This document shows, one piece after another, positions 61,795 through 64,000 of a stretch of DNA of 64,000 bases. Source of the stretch: Tepidisphaera sp. GTDB lineage: Bacteria; Planctomycetota; Phycisphaerae; Phycisphaerales; UBA1924. Position 1 is the stretch's first letter, and every line of letters begins with the position of its first letter. Location: the NCBI GenBank assembly GCA_050916045.1, contig CP051526.1, forward strand, positions 544,001 to 608,000. Direction: 5' to 3'. The translations under genes and the position numbers were made by a program. Under the pieces are notes generated by a model, which was given only the letters and a program-made list of their open reading frames with translations, did not search any database and was not told where the DNA came from.

Positions 61795-64000
61795 ATGTCG
61801 CCATCGACGTTTGTGCTTTTTCTTGTCGTTCACGCCGGGACGGCGGCCGGGCTTACGGTCGAAGCCGGCGCGCCGGCCGAGGCTCTGACGGCCGTGGCCG
61901 GGCTCGCCGATCCGCTTTCGGACCTCCGGGCCAGGGCCGAGCTTGAGCGCACAAACCCGAACCAGGCCGCCCGGGCGCTGCCGCCCCCTCCCGGCATCGA
62001 CGCCGCCGCGGTCGCGCAGCTTGGCGACGCCGAGCGCGCGCCCACCGCTCCTGCGGGAATGAGCCTGGCGTCGGTTCTCGAAGCGATTGCGGCCAAGGGC
62101 CCGCCCGCTTCTCTCATGCCGATCCAGACGCCGAAGCCCGACGCGGAATCCGAAGCGGAGGCTTCCAAGCTCTACGCGTCGGCACGGATGCAGCGGCTCG
62201 ACGGCAAGCACGCCGATGCGCTCGCTTCGCTCCAGGAAGCCGCGAAGATCGACCCCTCCAGCCCGGCGATCTGGCGCGAGATCGCCGAGTGCCAGAACTC
62301 GCTCGGCCGCCGCGCCGCTTCCCTCTCCGCGATGCAGCAAGCCGTCCGCCGTGGCCTTCGCGATGCTGGCGTGTGGTCGTTTCTCGGTCGCGAAGCCGGC
62401 CGCGGCCTTCGCACCGACGAGGCGCTCTGGCTTCTCGCCGGCGCTTCGAAGCTGCTCGACCGGGAAGCGCCGGCTTCCGCCGTCAACGACCTGTACCTCG
62501 CGGAGGCCATGGACCGCGCCGGATACGCCGGCGCGGCGGGTGAGCTTCTCGCGCGCGGTCTTGGGTCCAAAGCCCTCGCCGCCGAGAACGCGCGCATGAT
62601 CCCGGAGGTCGCCGAGACGCTCCGTCGCCGCGGCGAGCTCTGGCTCCGCGCGGGGGACCTGGCGATGAGGCTGGGCCGCGTCGAGGACGCCGCGGTCGCG
62701 TACGAAGCGGCAGCGGGGGAGACGTCGGCGGATTCCGGCGCCCTCGCGGTCCGACGCGTGTATGCCTCCGTGCGATCGGGGCGGCCCGCGCAGGCCGCGC
62801 TGGCGCTCGTCGACAAGCTCAAGTCCGGCGCGGGGTTCGAAGACCGCGAACTCGGCGTCGTGCGGTACCTCGCGGACCGGACGGATGTCGGCCCGGCGCT
62901 CTCGGCCGCGATCGCGCAGACCCTCGGCGATCGAGCGACCACGCCCAGCGCCCGGAGCAGGCTCGCCCGCGCGCGTGCGGCCGCACTGCCCGTCGCGGCG
63001 CGGCGTTCGGCGCTGATCGAGCATCTTTCCACGAATCCGTCGGATCGGCGTGCGGCGGCGGACCTGCTGGACAGCTTCGGACCCGAGCAGTCGAGCGAGC
63101 GGGATCGGGCGCTGGTCATGCTGGTCGAGAAGCGTCCCGAGTCGGCGGACGTGTGCGCCGCCCTGCTCCTGGCCGAGGGTCGCGGCGTCGTCTCCGCCGC
63201 AGATTCGCTGGCCCGGCGGGATGATCCGGCTTCCGCCCTCCTCGCCGCGTACCTGCGCATCGCGATGGGCAAGCCCGTGGATGCGCTGTCGCTGCTCAAG
63301 CCCGAGCGCGTGCCCGAAGCCGTGCGGGCGGCGGTTCACGCGGCCCGGGCGGATCTCGCGGGAATGTCCGGCGATTACCAGGCCGCCAAAGCCGCGCTCA
63401 AAGCCCTCGAGTCCATGCCCATCGAGACCACGCGATTCGCGCGGGCCCGGGCTCTGAGCGCCCTTCAGCGGCACGCCGAAGCGTTCGAAATCGTCAAGAC
63501 ACTCGCCGAGACGCCCTCCGTCGACGACCGGCTTCTGGTCGCGGGGTTCGCGCTCCGCGCGGGCGACCTGTCCGCGGGCGAGAGAATCCTCGCCGCCGTC
63601 GCCGAAGAAGACCCGCAGGATGAGCGTGCGGCCGAGGTTCTGCTCAAGCTCTATTCCCGCGGCGAGAAAGCCGACCAGCGGCAGCTCGCGGCGCTCGTAC
63701 AGCGCCTTCGCGAGAAGGTGTCGTCAAGCCGGGTGCTTCGGTGGGCCGTCGCCATGGAACTCGTCCAACGTGGACAGTTCGCCGCCGCCGAGCAGTCGCT
63801 GATGGGCCTGGCCGAGGAGGACGCTTCGAGCGTCGGCCTGCTGGATGCGCTCGCGACGGTCTGGACGCGCGGTGGAGCGGCATCGCTCGAACGCGGCGAG
63901 GCTTGGCTTCGGGCGAGGCTTGCGGACGCGCCGGAGTCTGTCGAGGCGCTGGCGGCGCTCGCTCAGGTTGTCGCGGCCCGCGGCAAGGCGGATGACGCGA
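61795..64000 (+). CDS. Large TPR-repeat protein, 3'-truncated (absent from the ORF track because no stop is in the window)
   Basis: ATG 61795 MSPSTFVLFLVVHAGTAAG; TPR-like ALASLQEAAKIDPSSPAIWREIAECQNSLGR; Ala/Arg/Leu-rich helical sequence appears to stay open to the window end. Confidence 0.8.
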   Translation, partial: MSPSTFVLFLVVHAGTAAGLTVEAGAPAEALTAVAGLADPLSDLRARAELERTNPNQAARALPPPPGIDAAAVAQLGDAERAPTAPAGMSLASVLEAIAAKGPPASLMPIQTPKPDAESEAEASKLYASARMQRLDGKHADALASLQEAAKIDPSSPAIWREIAECQNSLGRRAASLSAMQQAVRRGLRDAGVWSFLGREAGRGLRTDEALWLLAGASKLLDREAPASAVNDLYLAEAMDRAGYAGAAGELLARGLGSKALAAENARMIPEVAETLRRRGELWLRAGDLAMRLGRVEDAAVAYEAAAGETSADSGALAVRRVYASVRSGRPAQAALALVDKLKSGAGFEDRELGVVRYLADRTDVGPALSAAIAQTLGDRATTPSARSRLARARAAALPVAARRSALIEHLSTNPSDRRAAADLLDSFGPEQSSERDRALVMLVEKRPESADVCAALLLAEGRGVVSAADSLARRDDPASALLAAYLRIAMGKPVDALSLLKPERVPEAVRAAVHAARADLAGMSGDYQAAKAALKALESMPIETTRFARARALSALQRHAEAFEIVKTLAETPSVDDRLLVAGFALRAGDLSAGERILAAVAEEDPQDERAAEVLLKLYSRGEKADQRQLAALVQRLREKVSSSRVLRWAVAMELVQRGQFAAAEQSLMGLAEEDASSVGLLDALATVWTRGGAASLERGEAWLRARLADAPESVEALAALAQVVAARGKADDA

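Overview
High-GC bacterial chromosome segment, most likely a planctomycete of class Phycisphaerae (inferred from the 16S signatures, the stand-alone 16S gene, a prepilin-type H-X9-DG protein and many proteins ending in a dockerin-like 'C-x-x-DFNxDxFxDFFDYxx(F/Y)VxxFExGC' tail). Housekeeping content: OPT transporter (5'-truncated), purL, GT3 glycogen synthase, rnhA, tRNA-Arg(TCT), a monocistronic 16S rRNA gene, comF-like, degP-like, trmB-queC-queE, PrkA kinase, tRNA-Gly(GCC), DsbD-like, fliM, and nusA-infB-DUF503-rbfA followed by two further genes (the last 3'-truncated). The most notable accessory content: (1) 13 secreted-protein genes sharing the dockerin-like tail, in one-repeat and two-repeat forms; (2) a tandem array of seven mosaic paralogues with signal peptide + C-type-lectin-like (EPN/WND) + beta-helix + tail, one broken by an in-frame TAA, which together with an FG-GAP gene forms three apparent transcription units each preceded by the motif TGGCA(C/G)-N15/16-(T/A)CGCATG; (3) a divergent beta-glucan utilisation locus (LacI, prepilin-like protein, CBM-like tailed protein, ABC SBP + 2 permeases, GH1, tailed GH16) with no TonB/SusCD or ATPase gene. 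No transposase, integrase, prophage, CRISPR or reverse transcriptase was recognised. All calls are from motif reading by eye, without database searches.
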